A stretch of DNA of 64,000 nucleotides from Chloroflexota bacterium (GTDB lineage Bacteria > Vulcanimicrobiota > JAMCWD01), in the NCBI GenBank assembly GCA_023475345.1, contig JAMCWD010000031.1:1585-65584 (forward strand), in the 5' to 3' direction. Position numbers and translations under genes: made by a program. Shown piece after piece: positions 34,341 to 43,493 of the stretch; the first letter of the stretch is position 1; each line of letters begins with the position of its first letter. The notes beneath the pieces were generated by a model. That model saw nothing but the letters and a program-made list of their open reading frames with translations. It did not search any database and had not been told where the DNA came from.

Positions 34341-36655
34341 TGATTGAAAGGCAGGTAAGCGTTGTTATGAGTATTGTCGGCGAACGTGTTGTACGGGTCG
34401 ATGCCGCGGAAAAAGCCACGGGCAGGGCGAAATTTATAGATGACATGAAATTTCCGGGGATGCTTCACGCGTCGGTTTTGAGGAGTCCTTACGCACATGC
34501 GAAGATCCTTTCCATAGACAAATCGGAGGCGGAGGCGGTACCGGGCGTTTATGCAGTCTGTACTCACGAGGATGTGCCGGGCAAAAACCGCCACCATGTG
34601 GTTACGGACGACCAGCCGTTTTTTGCAGAAGACGTCGCGCGCCATTATGGCGAGGCTATCGCGGCGGTGGCAGCCGAGACAAGGGAGCTTGCAGAATATG
34701 CGGTTACTAAGATCAAGGTGGAATATGAAGAGCTGCCTGCGGCCCTGGGTCTGGAAAACGCACTGCTTGACGAAGCGCCTTATGTGGGCGGCGAGGAAAA
34801 TATCTTCCGCCGCTATAAGATACGGAAAGGCGATGTCGATAAAGGGTTCGACGAATCCGATATAGTCATAGAGCACAAGTTCGTAACGCCGTACCAGGAA
34901 CATGCTTACCTGGAAACCAACGGAGCGCTGGCGGTACCCGGGAGTGTGGGCGATATGACCGTTTACGGCACCATGCAATGCCCGTTCTATGTCCTTCATG
35001 CGGTCTCGGATGTCCTGGGACTGCCCCAGAACATGGTCAGGATAATCCAGGCGGCGACAGGCGGCGGTTTCGGAGGGAAGGAAGACGTCCCTTCACTGGT
35101 GGCGGCGATAGCGGCCGTCCTTGCCTGTAAAGCAGGCCGCCCCGTCAAGTATATCCTGTCGCGGGAAGAGGATCTTATCTGTATGAGCAAGCGCCACCCG
35201 GCGATTGTCAGGATAAAGATGGGGGCGAAAAAGACGGGCGAGCTTACGGCCATAGAAGCCGATTATAAAGTAAACGCCGGCGCTTATGTTACCCTGAGCA
35301 CGATAGTTCTATGGCGCGGGACCGTCCACGTCGCAGGTCCGTACCGCTGTCCGAATGTGAAGGTCGATGCGGCGGCCGTCGCCACGAACATGGTGCCGTG
35401 CGGCGCTTACAGGGGTTTCGGCACGCCACAGGTTATCTTCGCGCATGAATCGATGATGGACGAGCTTGCCTTCAGACTGGGGATGGACCCGCTCGAGATT
35501 CGCAAGATCAACGCCCTTTGCGTGGGCGACGAAACTTCGACCGGCCAGGTCATCACCGAGGAGATGGGCATGGGCCTCATGGAAACCATAGAGCGGGCCT
35601 CGGAAGAATCTGGATGGGCCGAAAAACGGAAGAAATACTCCAACCAGGAAGGTGAAACCAGGAAAGGGATCGGGATGTCAACTTTCCTTTACGGCGTCGG
35701 CCTGGGAGCCGGCGGAAATTACATGGCCCGGGCGGGAGCCCATATCCAGGTTTATGACGACGCATCGGTACTGCTTGCCGTCGGAACGGCGGAGATGGGA
35801 CAGGGGATGAAAACCGTCCTGTCCCAGATCGCAGCGGAAGAACTGGGATGTCCTCTGGAAAACGTGAGCATCATCATGACGGATACTTCCCACGTCCCTG
35901 ACAGCGGCCCGACCGTGGCTTCACGGTCAACCGTCGTCAGCGGAAACGCACTGAGGGATGCGGCGATGAAAATCAAGGCCGGGTTATATGCGGCGGTATC
36001 GAAGAAAAAGGGCGTCCCGCCGGAAGTCATGGAAAGCCGGGACGGCGCTATATATAACAGGGAAAACGGCAAAATGCTCATGACGTTCGGCGAGGCCGTA
36101 AATGCTGCGACCGGGACACGCAAACACCTTGCAGCACAGGGATGGTACATCAGCCCCAACACCGATTTCAACGAGGAAGACGGCCATGGAAATATTTATT
36201 TCACATATACCTGGGTAACCCAGGTAGCCGAGGTTGAGGTGGACATGCGTACCGGGCAGGTTACCGTCGAGCACCTTACATGTGCCCACGATATCGGCAG
36301 GGCAATAAACCCCACGCTCATGGAAGGGCAGATCCAGGGAGGCTCCTCGCAGGGCATGGGATATGGGACGATGGAAGAGATCCTGTACGATAAAAAAGGC
36401 CGCATGTTAACCACCAGCCTGAGCACTTACATGATCCCGACCATTCAGGACATGCCCGACGTTACTCCGATCATAGTCGAGCATCCTTATAAAGAAGGGC
36501 CGTACGGCGCAAAAGGAGTCGGGGAGACTCCGCTTATGGGCATTGCTCCCGCGGTAACCAACGCCATAAGAAGCGCTACCGGCGTGCCGATAAGGGAGAT
36601 CCCCGCAAAGCCCGAAAGGGTTCTCAAATCTCTGGAAGGCGAAGAAATATTATAA
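34340..36655 (+). CDS. Molybdenum hydroxylase family, molybdopterin-binding large subunit (copy 2, no adjacent FAD or FeS subunits)
   Basis: 771 aa. VGERVVRVDAAEKATGRAKFIDDM, GGGFGGKE and GAKGVGETP (active-site Glu loop). The ATG overlaps the xdhC stop (TGATG). Confidence 0.9.
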   Translation: MIERQVSVVMSIVGERVVRVDAAEKATGRAKFIDDMKFPGMLHASVLRSPYAHAKILSIDKSEAEAVPGVYAVCTHEDVPGKNRHHVVTDDQPFFAEDVARHYGEAIAAVAAETRELAEYAVTKIKVEYEELPAALGLENALLDEAPYVGGEENIFRRYKIRKGDVDKGFDESDIVIEHKFVTPYQEHAYLETNGALAVPGSVGDMTVYGTMQCPFYVLHAVSDVLGLPQNMVRIIQAATGGGFGGKEDVPSLVAAIAAVLACKAGRPVKYILSREEDLICMSKRHPAIVRIKMGAKKTGELTAIEADYKVNAGAYVTLSTIVLWRGTVHVAGPYRCPNVKVDAAAVATNMVPCGAYRGFGTPQVIFAHESMMDELAFRLGMDPLEIRKINALCVGDETSTGQVITEEMGMGLMETIERASEESGWAEKRKKYSNQEGETRKGIGMSTFLYGVGLGAGGNYMARAGAHIQVYDDASVLLAVGTAEMGQGMKTVLSQIAAEELGCPLENVSIIMTDTSHVPDSGPTVASRSTVVSGNALRDAAMKIKAGLYAAVSKKKGVPPEVMESRDGAIYNRENGKMLMTFGEAVNAATGTRKHLAAQGWYISPNTDFNEEDGHGNIYFTYTWVTQVAEVEVDMRTGQVTVEHLTCAHDIGRAINPTLMEGQIQGGSSQGMGYGTMEEILYDKKGRMLTTSLSTYMIPTIQDMPDVTPIIVEHPYKEGPYGAKGVGETPLMGIAPAVTNAIRSATGVPIREIPAKPERVLKSLEGEEIL

Positions 36656-36793
36656 GAGCTTTGATCTTCGGCCTTAAACCCGGATTCGGCATGCCGACCC
36701 GGTTTCCGGATGGCATCTTGTTCTTCGTGGAAGCCGCAGAAACAGGATAATAAGCCCTTTTGAAGAATCTTTTTTCCGAATTCAGGAGGGTAG

Positions 36794-37948
36794 ATGAAAA
36801 TAGGGCTGTTTACCAATGCCTATCATCCCACCATAAACGGCGTAGTTCACGCCGTGTCTCTCCTTTTCAGGGGCATGGAAGAGCTTGGCCATTCGGTGTA
36901 TGTGTTTGCTCCGGGGTTCAAAGGCTATAAGGATGAGAACCCCAATGTGCGCCGTTTCTGGTCGATAAACCTTTTTCCGAAAAACAAGTATCCGCTTGCT
37001 ATCCCCTTCAATCCCGGCCTGACCGGCTTTATAAAGGATCTGGACCTGGATATAATTCACGCCCACCATCCTTACCTCCTGGGCAAGCTGGGGGCGCACA
37101 TCGGCAGGGAGCGGAACATCCCAGTGATTTATACTTTTCATACCCAGTTCGAACAATATGTCCATTATATCCCGCTCGTCCCGAAGAGCATAGGGGTCTC
37201 TTATGTCAGGAACAGCGTTATTGATTTTTTAAAACGTTGTAACCGGGTGATATGTCCTTCGCCCGTGGTACTGCCGATCCTCGAAGATTACGGGGTAAAG
37301 GTGCCGGTGGATGTCGTTCCCAACCCGGTGGATCTTTCGGCGTTCGGTAAATCCGGCGGAGCAGGGGTACGGGAAAAATACGGGATTTCTCATGATGAAA
37401 ATATTTTAATTTACGTGGGGCGCCTGGGCCGGGAAAAAAGCCTCCCGGAGCTTTTCAGGGCATTTAAGAAAATATTGGAATCGAGGCCGGATACGAGACT
37501 GATGGTGATTGGCGAAGGCCCGTACAGGGAGGCCCTGGAGGGTGAAGTTAAAAAGCTCAATCTCGATGGAAAAATCATTCTTACCGGGAGGGTGGAGCCG
37601 GGCGATCTCCCCCCGTATTACGCGGCCGCCGATGTATATGTGATGTCCTCGACCAGCGAGGTGAAGCCCCTTGCGCTGCTGGAGGCCATAGCCTCGAGTC
37701 TCCCGGTAGTCGCCGTCCGGGGGGCGGGGGCATCCGATACCATAACTCACGGCGAAGACGGCTTACTTGTTGACAACGCCTCCGAACCTTTTGTTTCTGC
37801 AGTCCTTGAGCTTCTCGGCGCTCCCGGTCTCAGGAAAAAGATGGGTGATAGCGCCGGGAAGAACTCCGCCAGGTATAACTACATCAACATAAGCAAAAAA
37901 ACCATTGAAGTTTACGAGAGGGCAAGGGACGCCCTTCTCTCGAGCTAG
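36794..37948 (+). CDS. Family 4 glycosyltransferase (GT4/RfaB-like)
   Basis: MKIGLFTNAYHPTINGV N-terminus and the C-terminal EX7E-type region SEVKPLALLEAIASSLPVVAVRGAGASD. Confidence 0.9.
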   Translation: MKIGLFTNAYHPTINGVVHAVSLLFRGMEELGHSVYVFAPGFKGYKDENPNVRRFWSINLFPKNKYPLAIPFNPGLTGFIKDLDLDIIHAHHPYLLGKLGAHIGRERNIPVIYTFHTQFEQYVHYIPLVPKSIGVSYVRNSVIDFLKRCNRVICPSPVVLPILEDYGVKVPVDVVPNPVDLSAFGKSGGAGVREKYGISHDENILIYVGRLGREKSLPELFRAFKKILESRPDTRLMVIGEGPYREALEGEVKKLNLDGKIILTGRVEPGDLPPYYAAADVYVMSSTSEVKPLALLEAIASSLPVVAVRGAGASDTITHGEDGLLVDNASEPFVSAVLELLGAPGLRKKMGDSAGKNSARYNYINISKKTIEVYERARDALLSS

Positions 37949-38003
37949 AGGTTGTCTTTTCCTCGCCTGCTTAGTCTCCAGCCGACCCACCCCGCCTGCG
38001 GCA

Positions 38004-38028
38004 CCCCTCCCGGGAGGGGAATTGTTGT
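38004..38028 (+). terminator. Candidate terminator hairpin after the GT4 gene
   Basis: Palindrome CCCCTCCCGGGAGGGG (38004-38019), giving a 6-bp GC stem and 4-nt loop, followed by AATTGTTGT. The T tract is poor. Confidence 0.35.
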
Positions 38029-38291
38029 GGCGTACCTCCGTGGTAGGGGAATGATATTTTACAGAGACTTTTTGGACAACCTCGATAGCAGGGGTTTTAT
38101 CAATTCGTACGATGTTATTGAGTCATAAGCACCATCCCGCTTTTTAATCGCCGGTATAATTTTGTGTGCCAGGGAAGTCAGGCGGCATAAGGCTTTAATG
38201 CAATCCGGGCGGGAGATATTTTCTCTGTCCGGTAAGGTCGTTAATGTGCCAGCTAAAGACGAATACGATAAAAACTTGAAAAGCACGCTCC

Positions 38292-38319
38292 TTGACAGCA
38301 TCAAAAAAAACTGTATAAT
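38292..38319 (+). promoter_or_regulatory. Consensus sigma-70/sigma-A promoter for tRNA-fMet
   Basis: TTGACA (38292-38297), 16-nt spacer ending in TG, TATAAT (38314-38319). The tRNA 5' end lies 13 nt downstream of the -10 element. Confidence 0.7.
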
Positions 38320-38331
38320 GGGATAATTGAT

Positions 38332-38408
<77 letters not shown>

Positions 38409-38440
38409 ACGATATGTAAAAACTTTTATATATTGAAATG

Positions 38441-38475
38441 GGCACGCGAATTGAAAAACGTGCCTTTTTCTTTTT
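38441..38475 (+). terminator. Rho-independent terminator after tRNA-fMet
   Basis: GGCACG (38441-38446) pairs with CGTGCC (38459-38464), followed by TTTTTCTTTTT. Confidence 0.8.
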
Positions 38476-38604
38476 CAAACTCTGTATTCTTTTAGATTTA
38501 CAACCACCTTTATCAAGGTTATAATATGAATTGAATTCGGCAATTATTTACAGTATTATTTCCAACTATTGTCTCTAAGTTACTCACATCGGGGGGATAT
38601 TAAT

Positions 38605-39732
38605 TTGTCAACCATAGCGAAGAACAAAATCGAAAAGTTTATAATATTTTCATTACTTGTTTTGGCATTGTCGGTAATTTTGAGTTTTTTCTGGAAGCCT
38701 CCCGCAGCGTTCGCCGGCACCCAGCCGGAATCAATGAATCAGCAAGAACTACAAAACGAGAAGACGCGCCATGAGATCCAGAAACTACAACTGGAAAACG
38801 AGAGATCAAATAGTTTCTGGGGCATACTTCCGTCGTATGCCACTTTCATTACCGCCCTTGTAGCTATAATCGGCGTCATCATAACTATATGGAAGCAAAT
38901 CTACGAATGGAGCAGACAGAAAGAATTGGATCGGGCACAGCGGGAACTTGAAAGCAAGCGTCGTTCGGACGATAAATTTTCATCGGTCATAACGAGCCTG
39001 GGCTCCGACAGTCCGTCGATACAAGCAAGTGCAGCAGTCTCGATTATGAGCTTCCTTAAACCTGAGTATAAAGATTTCTATGACCAGGTGTTTTTGATTC
39101 TTCTGGCCAACTTGAAAATACAACAAGAGGACGCCGTTAACAGGTTGCTGATAAAGGGATTCGAAAAGGCGATCCGTTTCCATCTTGAATCTGCAAAGGA
39201 AAAAGGCGAACAGGAAGGGCTTGATCTGTCTCACATGTATCTCAACCGCGTTGACCTGTCGGGCCTTGATCTTTCCAATACGGACTTCGGATTCGCCAGA
39301 TTAAGGCATGCGAACTTTGACGGTGCCAACCTGTATCGGGCCAGGGGCATAGAAGCGGATCTGAAAAAAGGCCGCCTTTGTAGGGCTAATTTCAACGAAG
39401 CAAGATTTCAGAAAGCACAAATTCCAGGCGCACAATTCCACGGGTCCAATCTTGTTGCTTCAGATTTGAAAGAGGCAAACTTATTCGAAGCCCAATTCCA
39501 TCAGGCAAAGATGCAGTCGGCTCATCTTGACGGCGCGGATCTCCGCAGAGCGAAATTTGAACAGGCCGACCTTAATGATACGTTCTTCAAAGGGGCTAAG
39601 TTTGATAGGGTTAGTTTGAAGAGCATCCTCAATGCAATTAACTGGCAGAAAGCACACTTTGATGGAAATATAAAAGCCGAGCTGGAGAATCTTCTGAGTC
39701 AAGGACATCCCGACCAGTCAAAAAAACAGTGA
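38605..39732 (+). CDS. Membrane-anchored pentapeptide-repeat protein
   Basis: TTG 38605 is preceded by GGGGGGA (the ORF is open from TTG 38569). Two TM helices, a helical middle region, and about 150 residues of A(D/N)LxX-type repeats (LSGLDLSNTDFGFARLRHANFDGANLYRARGIEADL…). AT-richer than its neighbours, judged by eye. Confidence 0.85.
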   Translation: MSTIAKNKIEKFIIFSLLVLALSVILSFFWKPPAAFAGTQPESMNQQELQNEKTRHEIQKLQLENERSNSFWGILPSYATFITALVAIIGVIITIWKQIYEWSRQKELDRAQRELESKRRSDDKFSSVITSLGSDSPSIQASAAVSIMSFLKPEYKDFYDQVFLILLANLKIQQEDAVNRLLIKGFEKAIRFHLESAKEKGEQEGLDLSHMYLNRVDLSGLDLSNTDFGFARLRHANFDGANLYRARGIEADLKKGRLCRANFNEARFQKAQIPGAQFHGSNLVASDLKEANLFEAQFHQAKMQSAHLDGADLRRAKFEQADLNDTFFKGAKFDRVSLKSILNAINWQKAHFDGNIKAELENLLSQGHPDQSKKQ

Positions 39733-40172
39733 CCCCGACGACGGCCCACACGGTCACACGACGACCGAAGTCACCGTGCGTCACGACCGTGCTTAATGCT
39801 CGCCCCCGAAGTCAATTTAATTATACTTTTTTTCAAAATTATGATCAAGCCGTAGTATAAGTCCATAACATATTGGACTGAGACTTATTTTCACGGGTAG
39901 CATCCAGGAGCGTTTTATAACCCGGCAGATGTTCGTTGTCCGAAAACTCTCAACACATCCTTCTTTCCCCCGGTCCGATATGTTTCTGAATTTCTCCAGT
40001 GCTTTTTAAAATATGCTCTTTTAGAACAAATGTGAAGGCGTAATCTTGGGAAAAATGGATTTTTAGGTCTATCGGCAATATAAAATAGGCGTTTTGAATA
40101 AAATTATAAAGAGGAATCTTGTGTTATTATTTAGAAAATGGATTTACTTTATCAAGGAGGAGGGTTATTTTC

Positions 40173-41441
40173 ATGCTTAAAGGATTTCATGTTCCGCTGT
40201 TTGATCTTGTAATGGCCTTATCAAGCGCGGTAGATCTGGTAACCCCCCAGGTAGGCAATCACCACAAACGGGTTGCATATATAGCCCATGCCATGGGCGG
40301 CGAAATGGGACTGACGAACAAGGAGCAAAAAGACCTTTTGCTGGCCGGCGCGCTGCATGATATCGGAGCGCTTTCCCTCAAGGAGAGACTGGACACTCTC
40401 CAGTTCGAGATCAAGAGCCCTCATATTCATGCGGAAACCAGCTATTTGCTGCTGAAGAATTTCGAGCCTTTTGCCGATATGGCTTACCTGGGCAGGTTTC
40501 ATCACGTGCCCTGGAACGAAGGAGAAGGGGTCGAGTTCAGGGGTAATCCTGTTCCCATAGGCAGTCATATATTGCATCTTGCGGATAGGATTGAAGTTCT
40601 CATAGATAAAAACAAAAGCATCCTGGGCCAGACGGAAGGCATAGCAGCCAGGATTTTTGAAAACAGCCGGAAGTTTGCCCCGAACGTGCTTGAAGCATTT
40701 AAGGGTCTTGTAAACAAGGAATATTTCTGGCTCGATACGGTATCCGGAGGATTGGACACCACTATCCGCATGAGAGCAAGGATTGACGATACAGTCCTTG
40801 ACATGGAGGACCTTTTCAAAATCACGGAGGTTTTCAGCCAGGTAATAGATTTCAGGAGTCCGTTCACGGCGACCCATTCAAGCGGTGTTGCGGCAATCTC
40901 CGAAGCCCTGGCGGGGATGATGGGGCTTTCGGAACTTGAATGCCGCAAGATAAGGCTGGCAGGCTACCTGCATGACCTGGGGAAGCTTGCCGTCCCCACA
41001 GAGATACTGGAAAAACCGGACAAGCTCACTGAAGAAGAATTTAACATCATGCGTTCCCATACGTTTTATACTTATCGCATCCTGGAGCCGCTGGACGCTC
41101 TTGACGAGATCAATACATGGGCGTCTTTCCATCATGAGAGACTCGACGGGAACGGCTACCCGTTCCATCTTGGCGCGCGCGATCTCCCGATAGGATCGAG
41201 GATTATGGCTGTAGCGGATGTGTTTACCGCAATAACCGAGAACCGGCCTTACAGGGAAGGGATGCCGCCCGAACAGGCGCTGAAGCTCCTCAAGCAGTTT
41301 GCCGACAACTCCGCTCTCGATGTGCACATTGTTTCGCTTATGACCCGTAATTTCGACGTTGCCAACCAGATGCGGATAGACGCGCAGAAAGAAGCCACCG
41401 CCAAGTACCAGGAATTTTCAAAAGGCATGATTTTGAAATAG
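40173..41441 (+). CDS. Tandem HD-domain protein: degenerate HD-GYP followed by canonical HD-GYP
   Basis: ATG 40173 follows AAGGAGGAGGG. First module HHKRVAYIA…LAGALHDIGAL…FHHVPWNEGEG (GYP lost). Second module THSSGVAAI…LAGYLHDLGKLAVP…FHHERLDGNGYPFHL. Confidence 0.85.
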   Translation: MLKGFHVPLFDLVMALSSAVDLVTPQVGNHHKRVAYIAHAMGGEMGLTNKEQKDLLLAGALHDIGALSLKERLDTLQFEIKSPHIHAETSYLLLKNFEPFADMAYLGRFHHVPWNEGEGVEFRGNPVPIGSHILHLADRIEVLIDKNKSILGQTEGIAARIFENSRKFAPNVLEAFKGLVNKEYFWLDTVSGGLDTTIRMRARIDDTVLDMEDLFKITEVFSQVIDFRSPFTATHSSGVAAISEALAGMMGLSELECRKIRLAGYLHDLGKLAVPTEILEKPDKLTEEEFNIMRSHTFYTYRILEPLDALDEINTWASFHHERLDGNGYPFHLGARDLPIGSRIMAVADVFTAITENRPYREGMPPEQALKLLKQFADNSALDVHIVSLMTRNFDVANQMRIDAQKEATAKYQEFSKGMILK

Positions 41442-41493
41442 AAAACACGGTATTCAAAAGCGCCTGCGAAGGAATCAAATTACAGGTTAAATA

Positions 41494-43026
41494 TTATTTC
41501 CCGGACTTGAAGGTCTTATCCGCAAGGTCGAGTATTACATCAATCTCTTTCGTAGCCTCGGCGTATTTCCCGGCCTTTATGTATTTATTGAGGAGGACGA
41601 TGTGCGGCTCCGTCTTATTCCATAGTTCCTGTTTTTCTTTCGAGCCGCTTTCTTGCAGTTCTTCTTTATATTCTTCGCCGAACATGTGGTGATCGATGGT
41701 TCCTATCATCATGCCGAACACCCAGTCGTCGCGGAGGTTTTCATTTCTTTTTGCCCCGGCCCGCTCCTTGAGGAGAACATTTGCCTTTCTCAATTCATCG
41801 ATCCCTTTTTTATAATCTCCCTGGGCCAGGTAGATCCTTGAAAGATAAGTGTATGCCTGGAGGGAATCCTTGTTTGTAGGCGACAGTTTCAGGACGGTAT
41901 TCAATTCGTTGATGGCCGCGGGGTCGTCTTTTATCTCGTGAAGAGTTTCGGCCATGATAAAATGGAGGCTCTGGAGATCTTCCCTGTTGCGGACATTGCC
42001 GATAGCCTGCCTTGCTTTATCAAGCAGCGTTCTGGCCTCATCTTTTTTACCCTGCGCAAGATAAATTCTGGCAAGGTGGATCTGGGTTCTTATGGGAAGC
42101 ATTTCGTCTTCAATAACGTTTCCCATATCGAGGAGGGCGACGGCTTTTTCCAGTTCTCTGCGAGACGATTCCAGCATTTCGCGCCGCTCGGGGGAAAGTT
42201 CGGTTGAGGAATTTCTTTCTCCCAGCACGTAGTCCGGTTCCGCACGCTCCAGATATTCTTCTCCCAGGAGGCAGCGGAGGTAACATTCCTGAGCGCCGGT
42301 TTTGCCTGAATCCAGGATCGCGTTGGCCTTTTTAAGATCGTCCAGCCCGGGTGTTCCTAGCTTGTCGTAGCCAGCTATCCCTTCATTGAACTTGATCTTG
42401 ATCCTTTTTGCCTGGCTGAGGCCTATCCGGGCCTCAACCGCGGTGGCCCAGTCGGGCCTGTTGTTCAAAAGCTCCGTGAATACCTTTACGGCTTCAGGGT
42501 ACCGGGTCTCGTCAAGGTAGGCCCTGCCCAGCAGGAGCCTGATCCTGTTATCTGCGGGATGTATCTCAAGATATTTTTTGTACAGGTTTATGCCTTTTCC
42601 CATCAATTCATCGTCTTTAGCATATTCTTCATTTGAAATATAAATCGCCGACAGGCCGTCCAGAAAAGACGGGAGGCTTTCCAGTTCTATAACTTCCGGA
42701 CGCTCCTCATATACTTTCAGGACGGATTCCATGTGAGATTTTGCTTCGGCAGGCTTGTTTTGTTCGATGTAAATCGTCCCCAGTTCGCGGTGAAGCGCCG
42801 CGGCGCGTGCGGGGTCAGCGCCTTTAAGGTTGTCCAGGCAGAGCTTTTCCGCCTGCTCGTATTTGCCCGCTGCAGTTAAAGAAGCCACCTGTTTTTCAAG
42901 GTCTTCCAGGCTGGCGCCCTGCCTGTTAAACGGGCATCCCCCGGCAATAAGCGCAAGTATAACCAGCATTACCGCCAGGAGCGCTTTTCTATCAATTGTC
43001 ATGGTGAAGCGATTTCGGCAGAGCAT
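41494..43026 (-). CDS. TPR-repeat lipoprotein
   Basis: ATG at 43026 is preceded by GGAGGAA with 7-nt spacing. MLCRNRFTMTIDRKALLAVMLVILALIAGGC (lipobox-like LIAGGC), then many TPR-like helices. The track ORF extends upstream to 43152. Confidence 0.8.
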   Translation of the reverse strand: MLCRNRFTMTIDRKALLAVMLVILALIAGGCPFNRQGASLEDLEKQVASLTAAGKYEQAEKLCLDNLKGADPARAAALHRELGTIYIEQNKPAEAKSHMESVLKVYEERPEVIELESLPSFLDGLSAIYISNEEYAKDDELMGKGINLYKKYLEIHPADNRIRLLLGRAYLDETRYPEAVKVFTELLNNRPDWATAVEARIGLSQAKRIKIKFNEGIAGYDKLGTPGLDDLKKANAILDSGKTGAQECYLRCLLGEEYLERAEPDYVLGERNSSTELSPERREMLESSRRELEKAVALLDMGNVIEDEMLPIRTQIHLARIYLAQGKKDEARTLLDKARQAIGNVRNREDLQSLHFIMAETLHEIKDDPAAINELNTVLKLSPTNKDSLQAYTYLSRIYLAQGDYKKGIDELRKANVLLKERAGAKRNENLRDDWVFGMMIGTIDHHMFGEEYKEELQESGSKEKQELWNKTEPHIVLLNKYIKAGKYAEATKEIDVILDLADKTFKSGK

Positions 43027-43225
43027 ATATAAATTCCTCCGGTACGAACTAATGGAAAATTTATCATATACGTTGTAAAAATTCAAATTCGCCAGGTCCC
43101 GGTGTCCGATGCTGACAGCGTAATTCAATCCTTTTTTGTACAGGATCGCCAAATCGGTTCGTCCAGGAAGGTAATATAAGGTCTTTTGCCGTATTCATAC
43201 AAAAAGCAACAAGGGGGGATCCGGC

Positions 43226-43477
43226 ATGACCGAACATTTACACAAGGAGCCAGGCAAAAAGGCCAAGAAGGCCCTGGAGAGGATATTAAAAACATTGCCC
43301 CACCCGATGGAGTCCGACAGGAAGACCACTTATCCGAAGCTCCCCATCAAGGATGAAGATTATTACTGGATAATGACCTGCCCCAAGTGTGCGGCAAGAA
43401 TGCACGCCATATACTACACCCTTAACGGGACCCGCTACATGTGCGAATCATGCGGGACGCTCGAAGGTTTTTATTGA
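43226..43477 (+). CDS. Small zinc-ribbon protein (hypothetical)
   Basis: 83 aa. CPKC-x19-CESC four-Cys ribbon and a basic N-terminus. RBS AAGGGGGGA upstream. Confidence 0.55.
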   Translation: MTEHLHKEPGKKAKKALERILKTLPHPMESDRKTTYPKLPIKDEDYYWIMTCPKCAARMHAIYYTLNGTRYMCESCGTLEGFY

Positions 43478-43493
43478 GTTTGAGGAAAAGTAA

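Noticed and set aside
36656-36793. Hairpin around the CGGCATGCCG palindrome after the second Mo-subunit gene, considered as a terminator
   Set aside because: The competing pairing registers all contain mismatches and there is no convincing T-tract, so the support is too weak to list as a feature.
38059-38304. 81-aa minus-strand ORF between the GT4 gene and tRNA-fMet
   Set aside because: Its start sits inside the tRNA promoter on the opposite strand, it has a poly-T rather than an RBS upstream, and the product has no features. It is probably non-coding, although the region itself is unexplained.
38409-40172. Prophage or integrative element at tRNA-fMet
   Set aside because: No integrase, excisionase, phage or conjugation genes are present, and I could not find a direct repeat of the tRNA 3' end by eye. 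Only a compositional anomaly is retained as a finding.
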